Both the position numbers and the translations under genes were made by a program. From assembly GCA_963774265.1 (NCBI GenBank), contig CAVZDU010000005.1, positions 160,001 to 224,000 on the forward strand: DNA of 64,000 nt. Direction: 5' to 3'. Every line of letters starts with the position of its first letter. The first letter of the stretch is position 1. Under the pieces are notes generated by a model. It saw nothing but the letters and a program-made list of their open reading frames with translations, ran no database searches and was not told the DNA's origin. Shown one piece after another: positions 1 through 11,356 of the stretch. The DNA comes from an uncultured Chloroflexia bacterium. GTDB lineage: Bacteria; Chloroflexota; Anaerolineae; CG2-30-64-16.

Positions 1-3000
1 GTCCAGCGGACGCTGTACGGTGCGACCGTGGTTTCGCCGAGTTTGGCACCGTCGAGATAGAACTCGACGCGGTCCATCTCCCAGTCATCCTGCGCGTCGG
101 CCGTGATGGATACCAGCTCGTCGGTCTCCATGACGTAGATCTGGTCGACTGCCGGATGGACGATCTCCACCTTCGGCGCGTTATTGTCCACGACGACCGG
201 CATCTCATAGGTCAGGATATTGCCACTGTTCTCCATCACGACGAGACGCAGTGTGTACATGCCGGCGAAGCCTGTCGTGTCCCAGAACTCCAGCGGTCCG
301 TTGCTGATCTGTTCGCCGTGCTCGCCGCCAACGGGCGTCCATTCGCCGCCGCTGCCCACCTCGACGCGATACGCGCGGAAGTCGCCCGCGCGGGCGTTGC
401 CGGTGATCTGCACGCCGCCCTTGACGCGCGCGCCGATGAATGGTGAACCGATCTGCACATCGCCGGCCAGTTCACCGCCCCCGCACGGCCCATCGACCTC
501 GACCGGCGGCTGGGCAATGCCTTGATCGCGAACCCAATCTGCCGCGTTAGGCCCGAAGACCTGGTAGGTCACGCGCTGCAACTGATCGGGTGGGGTGCAT
601 GCGGACGCACGCTTGCCGTTCGTGCCGTTGATCTCGAACGCCTGGTAGATGTTGTCTTGCTGCTTCGGTTCCTTGCCCCGCAGGAACAGCCCGACGGCGC
701 TCGACGGGCAGTCGGCGGTGGGAAGCAGGCCGGACGGCACGCAGACGCGAACCTTGGAGATGCCCGCTGGTTCAGTCCAACCCTGCGCGGGCAGGCCGTC
801 AACACCTTTGGCCAGGATCTTGCTGAAAATCGGCGCAGCCGTGATCGAGCCGTCCGCCAGTTTCATGGCCTTGCTGTCGGCGTTGCCGGTCCAGACGCCT
901 ACCGCCAATTGCGGGGTATAACCCACGGTCCAGGCGTCTTTCCATTCATTCGTTGTGCCCGTCTTTGCAGCGACCGGACGGTTGGGGAGGGTCAGATAGT
1001 TGGCGTAACTGCCGAACGCGACCGGGCGTGGGCCATTGTCGCTGAGCACGTTGTTGAGCAGGTACATCGGCGCAGGATCGACCACGCGTTCGGTGGACGC
1101 CTGGGTGTACTCCTCGATCACCTTGCCGTCCTTGTCTTCGATCTTGAGCACGGTCACGGGATCCAGCTTGCGGTAACCGGGCCGCTGCAGCTCGTCTGGA
1201 ACCGGCTTGCCGGCCATCACGCCGCTGTTGGCAAAGACGCTGAACGCATAGGTGTGGTCGAGCAACGAGACCTCGTCCGCCGCCGAGGGTGAGGCTCAGG
1301 CCGTAGGTATTCAGCTCGCGGTTCAGGCTGCTGACGCCCACGCGGCGCGCGGTTTTGATGACGTTCGAAATTCCTATCTGGTCCATCAGCCAGACGGCCG
1401 GGATGTTGTAGGAGCGCTGCAGCGCTTGGCGCAGCGATTGCGGGCCGTGGTAGCGACGATCGTAGTTCTCGGGGACATACGGTGGGTTGCCCGGGTCCGG
1501 GAACACCGTCCGCACATCCATGACCATCGACGATGGGGCAAACGCGCCCGACTCGAACGCTGTCAGATAGGTGTAGGGCTTGAAGGAGGACCCGGGTTGC
1601 GCAGGTGAGGTCGCCATGTTGACCTGGCCGTCGATGGACTCGTCGAAGTAGTCCAGGCTGCCGACCATCACCAACACCTCACCGGTGGTCGGCCGGATGG
1701 CCACCACCGATGCGTTGCCCACTTCGTGGTCGAACGCCTGCTTGAGCGCCTCCGGGACCGGCGGGATGGTCGCCAGGTCATTCCGGCAAGGCTTGGGTTC
1801 CCGCTGTTGGAGCGAGCCGATGTGGCTGCGCGCCACGCATTCAGCGTATGCCTGCAAATCCCAGTCCAGTGTGGTGTAAACCCGCAGCCCGTTCTGCCAG
1901 ATGAAGTATGGGTCTTCAGGCGTATTGTACTGCTGTTGGACTTGGTCCAGCACGGTCAGCGCGAAGTGCGGCGCATCGGGCGGAATCTCGAAGCGTTCCT
2001 GCGCCGATTCACGCGTGTACTGCCAGAGTGTGCCGGTCAAGCGCTTGGCCGCGTCGGCTTCGTCTTTGGTGAGTTCATCGGCCTTGACCAACGCGTTGAG
2101 CGCGCGGGCGGTGGCCGGCCTGTCACCGGTCGCCACGAGCGGCAGGTCACCCTGGTCCAGCAGACCTTGCTCGACGAGGTCGTTGAGCAAGGGTGTGTTG
2201 AAGTAGCGCCGCGCAGCATCAGCCTGCTCGGGCGTCAGGTAGCTCGCCTCGACCATCGAGGTCAGCACCTTGCGCTGGCGGCGATACGCGTCGCCGGGCG
2301 CCTGGAACGGATTCAGGCCGGGATACTGGGGGACAGCAGCCAGAACAGCCACCTCGTCCAGCGTGAGATCCGCGACGCTCTTGTTGTAGTAGACCTGTGC
2401 CGCGGCCTCGATGCCGTAGGCCGCGTTGCCGTAGAAGTTATAGTTGAGATACCACTCCAGGATCTTCTCTTTGCCTTCGCGGCCCGGATACTTGCGCGTG
2501 ATCTCGATGGCCAGGATCGCTTCCTTTGCCTTGCGAGCATACGACTGTTCATAGCGTTCTTTGGGGTCGATCAGGACGTTTTTGACCAATTGCTGCGTGA
2601 TGGAACTCGCGCCTTGCACGCTGTTGCCGCGAAGGTTCGAGATCAACGCGCGCGAAAGGCCGCGCAGGTTCACACCGATATTGGTGTAGAAGTCGCGGTC
2701 TTCCAACGCAATGGTCGCGTTCTTAATCAGCGCGGGTATCTGGTCGGCCGTCAAGTAAGTGCGGTCGCCGCGGAAGGGGCGAGGATCGATAGACTCGTAC
2801 AGAAGGTGCTGGCCGGTGCGGTCGTAGATTTTGACCGTCTCGTAGGTTTCCTGCTCGGTTTGGATGGACGAGGGGTCGGGCAAGTTCTGTGCGAAGAGCG
2901 TATAGACGCTCGCGGCGGACGCCGTGACCCCTAGGACCGCGGTGAGAACCAGGACGACGGATGCGGCCAGCAGGCCGCCGAAGACGATGAGAAACCACTT

Positions 3001-3069
3001 GCCGTACTGGGGCCGGCTGTGTGCGCGGCGATAACGTCGCCTTTGGTGGATTTGATTGGTGCGATACAT
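1..3069 (-). CDS. Class A penicillin-binding protein (PBP1A family) with C-terminal Ig-like extension; 3' end runs off the window; one frameshift near 1280
   Basis: N-terminal TM helix; transglycosylase motifs EDRDF, GASSITQQLVKN, RKAKE; transpeptidase motifs GSSFKP and SYN. After a +1 indel at 'LTLGGG' the alternative frame reads EVSLLDHTYAFSVFAN...KTGTTNEWKDAWTVGY...VEFYLDG to the window edge. Confidence 0.93.
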
Positions 3070-3259
3070 GGTCGAGTGGAAATCTCCAGAGCGCAGGCGG
3101 AATGTTGGCGCAGATGCCCTGCGCTTGCAGATACACTACGCTACAGACGCCTGGCCCCCGAATTGGTTCCTGGCATGTGCGGCCCATCCTGCAGCAGAGG
3201 GCCGCGGTTAAAGCGTGCGGGGGGTAGTCCCTCCACCCCCCGCACGATGAGCAAATGCG

Positions 3260-3288
3260 ATTATAGCAGAATGTGGTGCGCGAGGCAA
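3260..3288 (-). promoter_or_regulatory. sigma70-type promoter for the PBP gene
   Basis: TTGCCT-17 bp-TATAAT with TG extended -10 on the minus strand. Confidence 0.7.
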
Positions 3289-3291
3289 AAG

Positions 3292-4056
3292 CTACGAGCG
3301 TGCTAACCGTTCCAGCACCAAAAAGTGGCTCAGCCCGAACACCTGTAGTGGCGTGTGCTCCGCGGTATACAGCGCCCGGCGCAGCCAACGGCCGGTCTTG
3401 GGCCGGGTCGCGACGATGTTGTCGAAGCCGGGATAGATGACCTGGTGGTGGATCACGCGGACAGGCTGTCCCGCGAAGAGGTCCCGCAGCCCCGGACCGG
3501 TGTACGCTCTGACATGGGGTGCGAGGCGGTTGCGCAGGGGGTTGGGCAGCCAGTTGATGAGCGGGCTGTTGCCAAAATGGTACTTCCCGCGCCAATAGTG
3601 GCCGTGCGTCTCGAACGGGTACAGGCGATTCGGGCAGAAGAGGACGATGCGGCCACCGGGAGCCAGCACGCGCACCATCTCGCGCGCATATCGTCGATCG
3701 TCGTCGACGTGTTCGATTACTTCGTGGGAGAAGATCACATCGAAGCTACGGTCCGAGAAGGGCAGTGCTTCACCGCGGCCAACTGCGATGTGGGCCTCTG
3801 TGCGCGCCCGCGCCTGAGCCGCGACCGCCGGGTCGATCTCGACGCCGGCAACCTGGGGGGATAACTGGCGAAACCTCGCGGTGTACATCCCCACGCCGCA
3901 GCCGTTGTCCAGGATTCGCGCACCGTCCAACTCCGCCCACTGACGGACAAGCGCCAACCGCCGGTCCTGGCCCGCGCGCCACACGTAGGATGGATGCCCT
4001 CGTCGTGCAGCCTCGTCGTCGGTTCGGCGAAATGGATCTCCTTTGCCTTCAGCCAT
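3292..4056 (-). CDS. Class I SAM-dependent methyltransferase
   Basis: Motif I ILDNGCGVG, LPFSDRSFDVIFSHEVIEHV, RVLAPGG; ATG at 4056 behind GGGAGAG. Confidence 0.9.
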   Translation of the reverse strand: MAEGKGDPFRRTDDEAARRGHPSYVWRAGQDRRLALVRQWAELDGARILDNGCGVGMYTARFRQLSPQVAGVEIDPAVAAQARARTEAHIAVGRGEALPFSDRSFDVIFSHEVIEHVDDDRRYAREMVRVLAPGGRIVLFCPNRLYPFETHGHYWRGKYHFGNSPLINWLPNPLRNRLAPHVRAYTGPGLRDLFAGQPVRVIHHQVIYPGFDNIVATRPKTGRWLRRALYTAEHTPLQVFGLSHFLVLERLARS

Positions 4057-4069
4057 CAACTTGCTCTCC

Positions 4070-5245
4070 CTATTCCTCAGCCATCCCGCGCCGGATTGCC
4101 CGCCCCAGCCGACGAGCGCCTTCCCGCAGCTCGTCGGGGGAGAGCATACTGAACGCCAGTCGCAGATTCTGTTGGCCCCCGCCGCCGCAGCAGAATGGCC
4201 CTCCGGGGATGTATGCAACGCCTTCGGCTGCGGCTCCAGGCTGCATCGCGGCGCTTTCCACCCCCTGGGGCAGCGTAACCCAGGTGAAGAATCCCCCGCC
4301 GGGTCGGGTCCACCTGACCCCCTCCGGCATTTGTTCGGCCAACCCTTCCAGCAACGCCTCGCAACGCGCTCGGTAGCTCGCGGCCAGCCGCGCCACCAGT
4401 GGATCGAATAGCCTCATGCGGATGAACTCGCCTGCCATATGCGCGACGAGGTGGCTTACTCCGCCGCCACTGTCGAGCAGCCCACTGTCGTTGCACCGTT
4501 CGACCATCTCTGGCGGCGCGAGCAGCCACCCCAGGCGCAGACCAGGTGCGAGGAGCTTGGAGAACGAGCCAAGGCGGACTACCGCGCCGGGCGGGCCGTA
4601 CCTCTGCAATGGCGGCGGGGGTGGGGCATAGAACCAGAGGTGGCGATATACGTCATCCTCCAGGATGAGTGTGCCAGCCGACCGGGCCAGTGAAACAATC
4701 TCGCGGCGCCGCGCCGCGGGCATCAGGCTGGCGGACGGGTTATTGAATGTGGGGACCGTGTAGATAAAGCGGGCGCGTCGGTCCGCAGAGCGTAACCGGT
4801 CCAGAGCCTCGGCCAGGGCGGTAGGGCGCATTCCCTCGGCATCAGCGTCCACCGGGACCAGCATCAGCCCGTGGTCCCGGAATACCTTCAGCGCCAGGTG
4901 GTACACCGGCGATTCGACGAGGATGACCTCGCCGGGTGACGAAAAGAGCGTACAGATCAGGTCCAACCCCTGTGAGATGCCCGCGGTGATGAAAATGCGG
5001 TGCCCTTCGGGGATCGGATCGTCGTGTCGCGCCAGCCAGTCCGTCAGAGGCTCGATGAGTGACATTGGCCCGTCATTGCGGCCGTAGCTGAGCGCGGCTA
5101 CCCCATTGCGCACCAGGGCAGCGTCTGCCGCTCGGGCAAACTCCTCAGCCGGCAGCAGCTCCGCCGCGGGATGGCCCCACCGAAAGTCGATCATGCCCGG
5201 CGCGATCTCGAGTTGGACGTCGCCGGGCGAAAAGAGACCGCTCAT
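4070..5245 (-). CDS. PLP-dependent aminotransferase class I/II (MocR/LysN-like, no HTH)
   Basis: YTVPTFNNPS, ILEDDVY, GSFSKLLAPGLRLGW (PLP lysine), GGFFTW. Confidence 0.92.
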   Translation of the reverse strand: MSGLFSPGDVQLEIAPGMIDFRWGHPAAELLPAEEFARAADAALVRNGVAALSYGRNDGPMSLIEPLTDWLARHDDPIPEGHRIFITAGISQGLDLICTLFSSPGEVILVESPVYHLALKVFRDHGLMLVPVDADAEGMRPTALAEALDRLRSADRRARFIYTVPTFNNPSASLMPAARRREIVSLARSAGTLILEDDVYRHLWFYAPPPPPLQRYGPPGAVVRLGSFSKLLAPGLRLGWLLAPPEMVERCNDSGLLDSGGGVSHLVAHMAGEFIRMRLFDPLVARLAASYRARCEALLEGLAEQMPEGVRWTRPGGGFFTWVTLPQGVESAAMQPGAAAEGVAYIPGGPFCCGGGGQQNLRLAFSMLSPDELREGARRLGRAIRRGMAEE

Positions 5246-5754
5246 TGCGTTGGCTCCATGAGGAGTTCTTCCTTGTGGCCGAACCGGATCGTGTTATCGA
5301 TGAGCCGGAACCACGTTGGTCGCAAGACCCAGAACCGGGCGCGTGCCAGCGGACCGGTTAAGGCCAGAGGGCCGGCTTGCCCGGCCCGTTGGGCCGCGAG
5401 CAGCGCGCCGACAAAGGCGAACCGCCTCCCGTATACCGCGGCCGCATGGGGCAACTCTGCAGCCGTGACGATCGCTGCAACCCCGCGAAGCTGGAGACCG
5501 CGGATCGTGCGCCAGTCCTGGCCGTCAGCCTGGATCGCGCCAGCGACCAGGGGGCGATTGTACAGGTTGCGGCCGTGATCGGTGCGCTCTTCGGACAGAA
5601 AGTAGAGCCTAAGCGCGTCGTCGGCGGCGTAGAAGACGGCCGCAGCGGCTGGCGCGCCATCCGGGTCCACAGTCGCCAGGGTAAGCGTCGTGTGGTCTGC
5701 GAGGAATGCTGCAACGCGCTGGCGCGTGCTGCCCGGCGCCTCTTCTTGTGTCAT
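5242..5754 (-). CDS. Pyridoxamine 5'-phosphate oxidase-like FMN-binding split-barrel protein (YhbP-like)
   Basis: TLTLATV...AVFYA...LYFLS...HGRNL...IRGLQLRG; 4-bp overlaps with both neighbours. Confidence 0.8.
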   Translation of the reverse strand: MTQEEAPGSTRQRVAAFLADHTTLTLATVDPDGAPAAAAVFYAADDALRLYFLSEERTDHGRNLYNRPLVAGAIQADGQDWRTIRGLQLRGVAAIVTAAELPHAAAVYGRRFAFVGALLAAQRAGQAGPLALTGPLARARFWVLRPTWFRLIDNTIRFGHKEELLMEPTQ

Positions 5755-6686
5755 ACCACGTTCTCGTCAATCACAGCCGCCGCGTCCTTGCTGCGCAGAC
5801 ATAGATAGATGCCTGTGAGGGCAAGCGCGCCTCCGGTCACTTGCGGTAAGGTCAATGCCTCGCCCAGCAGCGGCACGGCCAGCAGCCCTGTGAGCACCGG
5901 TTGCGCGAGGAGGACGATCACCGCGGTGGACGCCGGGAGGTGCCCCAGTGCATAGCCGATGAGCAACCAGCCGCCGGCCTGTGAAAGGATGCCCATCATG
6001 ATCACAGAGGCCATGGATTTGAGCGGGTAGCCGGTCAGGGAGAATCCCATGGCCACGCTGACGGCGATGAGCGTGGCTGCAGCTGTGATGGCCACCAGCC
6101 AGGCGTAGGAGAGGCTGCTGAGATTGCGCCGGGCGCGTTGTGTGTTGAGCAGGTAGCCGGCGTAGAACAGTGCCCCCGCGAACGCCAACGCATCACCGGT
6201 GCCCAGGTGCATGCCTCCGGCCGGATTGAAACCAGTGACTACGGCGGCGCCGGTCAGCGCTAGCGCCAGGCCGATCCAGTAGACGCGGCCCAATCGCTCC
6301 TTGAAGATAAACAGTGCGCCGAGGCCCACCCAGATCGGCGCTGTGTTGTCGAGCAGCGTGGCGTTGGCTGCCGAGGTCAGCAGGAGGGCTGAGGTCAGCA
6401 TGCCGAGATTGATTGCAAACCAGAGCCCGCCCAAAACACCCCACGTAACGCCTTGGCGCTCACCGGCTGACCACCCTCGCGCCTCACGCGCGAACGGCAC
6501 GGCGAGCACGATGGCGGCGACGAACATACGCCAGGCGCCCGTGACCGGACCGGGCATGGCCGCCCACTTGGTGAAAATCCCCGTGAAGCTGATGCAGAGG
6601 ACGCCGCCTATAAGGGCCGCGTAAGGCAACAGAGAGCGTGTGGAGGCGCGCTGATGGGCGAGACGGGTAGCGAGCGGATTTGACAA
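5751..6686 (-). CDS. DMT/EamA family transporter
   Basis: About 10 hydrophobic helices in two EamA repeats (TSAANATLL, FKERL, GDALA, LLGEAL). Confidence 0.88.
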   Translation of the reverse strand: MSNPLATRLAHQRASTRSLLPYAALIGGVLCISFTGIFTKWAAMPGPVTGAWRMFVAAIVLAVPFAREARGWSAGERQGVTWGVLGGLWFAINLGMLTSALLLTSAANATLLDNTAPIWVGLGALFIFKERLGRVYWIGLALALTGAAVVTGFNPAGGMHLGTGDALAFAGALFYAGYLLNTQRARRNLSSLSYAWLVAITAAATLIAVSVAMGFSLTGYPLKSMASVIMMGILSQAGGWLLIGYALGHLPASTAVIVLLAQPVLTGLLAVPLLGEALTLPQVTGGALALTGIYLCLRSKDAAAVIDENVV

Positions 6687-6778
6687 TGACTGGCTCCGGA
6701 TCGATGCAGGATCAGCGCATTGTAACGTCCGGCGGTTGCGTGCGCAAACAGAGGATCAGAACCTTCCCCCTGACTTGC

Positions 6779-7654
6779 CTACAGCACCTGGCGCCGCGCC
6801 AGCAAGCCTGACCCGACGAGGATCACGACAACCCCGGCTCCCGCCAGCGGAAGTGCGGCCGGAACCGGTGGGGTGAGCGCAAACACGGCAAAATAGCTGC
6901 TAAGGGACAGGATCTGCTGCGGCAGAAATTGAATCGGCACCAGCCTGGCCGCGTCTCCCACCTGGAAGGCCCGTTGTGTCTCAGCGATTGCCAAAAAGTT
7001 GGCAGCCAAGGCGATCGCCACGGCCACGCCCGCCGATGGAACATCCCGGGGCGAAAGTTGCCCGTTGCCTCCCCTGGTGAGGAATCCCACAAACACCCCC
7101 AGCCACAGGTTCGATTGTACGAGAAGCAGCCCGGCATCGAGCGTGCGCAGGACCCCGCGCCATCGAATGGACTGTCTTTGCAGGAGGTAACAGGCGGCCG
7201 AAAAGGCAGCGACTACGGCGGTAAAGGCGACCAGCCGGACCAGAAATGCCGCATCGTAGAGGTCCACCGCCTTCATATCGACGCTGAGCCTGCTCAGGCC
7301 GAAGAGGGTGACGGCTCCCATCACCAGGAGGATGCCGGCCACATCTTTCGGACCAAGCGTTTCGTGAGCCAGAACCACGGCCCCCACAGCCAGCACGATC
7401 AGCCCCGTGGTCATCAGGCCAGGGACGATCGCTGGGCCGAGGGTTGCCTGGGCAAGCACGAGCAGCGGCGTCCCGATTATGAACTGTACGGCAAAGCCCG
7501 CAAGCCATACGGGGCTGCGGACCAACTGGCGCATGAGCCCGGCGCCATCTCCCACGCGTTTGACCGCCACCTTCTGGATCACCATGCCGAGGTTGAAGGC
7601 TGCGCCTGCGACAATGGCGGCAAAGACGCCCAAGGAGTAGGATTCACCGGACAT
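6779..7654 (-). CDS. DMT-superfamily membrane protein (NIPA/Mg-transporter-like)
   Basis: Hydrophobic; GMVIQK, LVRSPVWLAG, QRAFQVGDA..LVP; ATG at 7654 after GGAGGAG. Confidence 0.7.
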   Translation of the reverse strand: MSGESYSLGVFAAIVAGAAFNLGMVIQKVAVKRVGDGAGLMRQLVRSPVWLAGFAVQFIIGTPLLVLAQATLGPAIVPGLMTTGLIVLAVGAVVLAHETLGPKDVAGILLVMGAVTLFGLSRLSVDMKAVDLYDAAFLVRLVAFTAVVAAFSAACYLLQRQSIRWRGVLRTLDAGLLLVQSNLWLGVFVGFLTRGGNGQLSPRDVPSAGVAVAIALAANFLAIAETQRAFQVGDAARLVPIQFLPQQILSLSSYFAVFALTPPVPAALPLAGAGVVVILVGSGLLARRQVL

Positions 7655-7746
7655 TCGGCTCCTCCAACGACCAGGTCGAGAGAGCATACCATGGACGCAA
7701 AAACCGCCCTTTGAGAGCGGTTTTCGCAAGTCCCAGTTCTCTTCAG

Positions 7747-7775
7747 TGCCGACGGGGGGTTTCAAACCCCCGGCA
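7747..7775. repeat. REP-like palindrome or terminator hairpin after the acyl-CoA ligase
   Basis: tgccgacggggggtttcaaacccccggca, immediately after the ligase stop codon. Confidence 0.55.
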
Positions 7776-7780
7776 GATCC

Positions 7781-9489
7781 CTAGGTCTGTTGTAATTTCG
7801 ACTTTTCTTCCTCCACCAGCACCCGGCGCAGGAACTTGCCGACCTGCGTCTTGGGTAGCTCGGAGCGGAACTCGATCTGCCGCGGCACTTTGTAGGGCGC
7901 GAGCCGTTCCTTGCAGAACGCGACAATCTCCTCCACGGTGGCGGTCTGGCCTTCTTTGAGCACAACAAAGGCCTTCACGCTCTCTCCGCGGAATTTGTCC
8001 GGCACGCCGATCACCACCGCCTCCTGAACCTTCGGATGGAGGAAGAGCACCTCCTCCACCTCGCGCGGGACGATGTTGAAGCCGGACGCAATGATGATAT
8101 CCTTCAGGCGATCGACGATGTAGAAGTAGCCTTCTGCGTCCACGGCGCGCGATGTCGCCGGTGCGCAGCCAGCCATCTTCCGTGATCGTCTTGGCGGTCT
8201 CGTCAGGCTTGGCCCAGTAGCCCTGCATCACCTGCGGTCCCTTGACCCACAGCTCACCGTCTTCACCGACGTTCTTCTCGGTGAGCTTTTCGTAGTCCAT
8301 GATGCGGGCATCGACGTCGGGGAAAGGCAAGCCGATCGAGCCGGCCCGGCGCTCACCGTAGATCGGGTTACAGTGGGTGACGGGCGCAGCCTCGGTCAGG
8401 CCGTATCCCTCGACCAGCCGGCCGCCGGTGATCTCGCCGAACTTGATCTGCACGTCCATGGGCAGCGGTGCGGCGCCGCTGATGCAGGCCTTGACCGAGC
8501 GCAGATCATATTCCTTGACCTTCGGGTGGTTGATGATGCCGATGTACATGGTCGGCACGCCAGGGTAGATGGTCGCGCGTTCCTTCTGGATCGCCATCAT
8601 CACGCCGTCGATGGGCCGCGGGTTGGGCAAGATCACGAGCTCGGCGCCCAGGGATATGGCAAGCAGCATGGCCACCGTCATGCCGTACACGTGAAAGAAG
8701 GGGATCGCGCCCATGATCCGCTCTTTGCCTTCCTCCAGGGTGTGCATCCAGTTTTTCACCTGGACCGTATTGGCGACAAGGTTGTAGTGTGACAGCATGG
8801 CGGCCTTGGGCACGCCGGTGGTCCCGCCCGTGTACTGGAAGAGCGCAGTGTCCTCTGCCTCCACCTTGACCTGCGGTGGGGCTTCGGGGTGCTGTGCCAG
8901 CAGCGTCTTGAAGCTGTAAACGCCGTTGCCCACGGGCACGTCTATCATCAGGCCGTGCTTTTTCACATTGCTCTTCACGAGCAGGTTGAACGGTACAGGC
9001 ACGTAGTCGGGCACATCGGTGACGATCACACTCTTGATCTGGGTCTGAGCCTGGATCTCTTTGAGCCGGGGATAGAATGAGCTAAGCAGGACCACGGTCT
9101 CTGCGCCCGCATCGGCGAACTGGTGCTGGATCTCGCGCGGGGTGTAAGTCGGGTTCGTATTGACGACGATTGCACCTAGCTTAAGTGCACCGAAGAAGGC
9201 GATGACGAAACTGAGGCAGGTTGGGCAGCATGAGTGCCACCCGGTCGCCCTTGCGCACGCCGAGCGCATGTAGGGCGGCAGCAAAGCGGTTGACGTTGTC
9301 CATGAGTTGCCGGTAGGTCATTGTGCCCCCCAGTCGCAGGGGGCCCACGTAGCGCAGGATTAAACTGGCCGCGGTGTGATCGGGATACTTGCGCGCACTG
9401 TCCTCGAGCATCTGGTGCAGTGGCATCTTGGGGTAGTCGATAGTCCGCGGAACATCGGGTTCGTAGTAGGCCAGCCACGGTGCTTCCAT
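7781..9489 (-). CDS. Long-chain fatty acid--CoA ligase (frameshifts near 9210 and 8150)
   Basis: [45 protein letters not shown] spread over three frames; RBS GAGGAGG before MEAPWL. Confidence 0.92.
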
Positions 9490-9547
9490 CTCACTTCCTC
9501 CTCGAAGATGGGGCCGGTTCAACAAACCGGGGCACGGAAATACCGTC

Positions 9548-9604
9548 ATTATAAGGGGGGGGCGGGGTGGTGTCAAGCATATTTTTGTGTGAATACTTTC
9601 ACGG
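9548..9604 (-). promoter_or_regulatory. Perfect consensus sigma70 promoter plus an upstream palindromic operator (Rex- or Crp-like)
   Basis: TTGACA(9576-9571)-17 bp-TATAAT(9553-9548); gTGTGAAtactTTCACGg at 9587-9604. Confidence 0.75.
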
Positions 9605-9839
9605 AAGGGGATGCAGGGCGATTTCATGTTGCAGCAACGAGCACGCACCGGCAGTGAAACCTGCGCCTACGGCGGCAAAACCGAGTTGCGTCAACTGGGT
9701 CTGTCTGCTGGAGGTCAAGTTTTGCTCGTATCCTGCAACTCCCGCTGCCAGATCGTGGGCAGGCCCTCACAATGAAATCGCCCTGAAGGGGATGAGCCAC
9801 GACTTGAAGGACGGTGCGATTTGCGGTAGACTGAGACCG

Positions 9840-9893
9840 GACCTTCGAGGTTTCGAAAACCTCGAAGGTCTTTGCTCAGAGACCTTGAAGGTC
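9840..9893. repeat. REP-like palindromes
   Basis: gaccttcgaggttt-cga-aaacctcgaaggtc (14-bp arms) followed by a shorter related palindrome agaccttgaaggtct. Confidence 0.7.
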
Positions 9894-9926
9894 TTCGATG
9901 CGGCATCTTGGAACAGACGAATGCGG

Positions 9927-11283
9927 ATGACTGAACAGAGCGAAGCGCAGCGACGGCTGCAGAGGCTGACACGGTTGCGGAAGCTGGGAGTGCGCAAGGG
10001 CGCGCACGAGATCAGCCCGCCTGTGGCGGCGCCGGCGCCCCCACCGCTACGGGTGGATCCTCCCGTCGAGGATCCACATCTGCCGGGCGAAGAGGTGACA
10101 ACCCCCTTTGGCCCCGCGTGGGTGCGCGAGGTGCGTTATCCGCTCGATGAGCACGAGGAACTGGCGGAGTGGTTGCGTGTGGCGCCTGAGACGTTGGCGG
10201 CACTCGATCGGATTGACCCGCTCATCCATTTGATCCCGTCTCAAGCCGCCTTCATTGACACCGAAACCACTGGCCTGTCACTCGGTGCGGGCACATACAC
10301 CTTTCTCATCGGAGTAGGCCTCTACGAGCCCGCTGCTACGGAGAATGTCGTCGGCTGCGGGCCGGGGGGCGCGTTCGTTGTGCGGCAGTTCTTCATGCGC
10401 CATCCGGGTGAAGAACACGCGCCAGCTTCACCTGGTCGATGAGGTGCTGGGCCTCGCCACGGGCATCGTGTCATTCAACGGCCGCGGGTTTGACATGCCG
10501 CTGGTCAACAACCGTTTCGTGCTCGCTTCCATGCCGCCGCCCCTGGCCGGCGCGCCGCATTTGGACCTGCTGCCGCCCGCCCGCCGGCTGTGGAAGGCGC
10601 GTTGGGGCTCATGCAGTCTGGGCAGTCTGGAACGCAATGTTCTAGGCGTGCAGCGGACGACTGAGGATGTGCCCGGCTATCTGATTCCCGACATTTATCG
10701 CCAGTACTACCTGACGGGCGCGGCGACCGAGATGCTGGCCCGCGTCTTCTATCACAACCTGCAAGACGTCGTTTCCATGGCGCTGCTCGGCGCGCGCATG
10801 GCCCGTTACTTCCGCCGCGAGCAGGTGGAAGCCTTCGTAGTGGATTTGGACGCGGCGGAATGCGTCAGCCTGGGCCGCTGTTACGATACGCTCGGCTGGG
10901 TGGAGGCGAGCGTGCGCTCCTACCAAGCGGCGCTGCAGCGGTCCACCGCGGCGGAGAGCCAGGTGCTCGCCCTGCGCGAGTTGAGCTTGCTGTACAAGCG
11001 CCAGGCGTGGCGCGAGCAGGCGGCCGAGTTGTGGGAAGAGTGGGTCAGCATGGTGCCCGGGGAGGATCTGACGCCTTATATCGAGCTGGCCAAGCACCAT
11101 GAGTGGCACACGGGCGAGCTGGCGGCCACGCGCGGGTGGGCCGCATGGGCGCTGCGCATCGCAGAGGGGTGGCCGGCCGGGTTCGAGCGCGAGGATGCAG
11201 TGGCGCAACTGCGACACCGCCTGGCGCGCGTCGAGCGGAAGCTGACCGGTGCAAAGTCCGGCGAGCCGGAAGAGGCGGAGTGA
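9927..11283 (+). CDS. YprB/MrfB-like RNase H-fold (DEDD) exonuclease with C-terminal TPRs; frameshift near 10420
   Basis: FIDTETTGL, FLIGVG, VRQFF, SFNGRGFD.P, HLDLL, HNLQDV, then TPR-like helices (IELAKHHEW). Confidence 0.88.
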
Positions 11284-11327
11284 TATGCCAAATAGCCGCC
11301 CGTTGCCTGGATCCTGCAATCCTTCGA

Positions 11328-11356
11328 TTGCGAGATGCGCCCCGAAATGGTAAACT
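11328..11356 (+). promoter_or_regulatory. sigma70 promoter of dnaX-ybaB-recR
   Basis: TTGCGA-17 bp-TAAACT with TG extension. Confidence 0.6.

Noticed and set aside
3150-3176. c-di-AMP (ydaO) riboswitch before PBP1A
   Set aside because: Only 'ggaaccaattcggggg' resembles it; the conserved 5' GCTGAA and 3' GTCAGCTAAC segments are missing.
6715-6745. Fifth copy of the island promoter motif (tgtaacgtccgg)
   Set aside because: Order and spacing do not match; it looks like an ordinary TACAAT -10 box.
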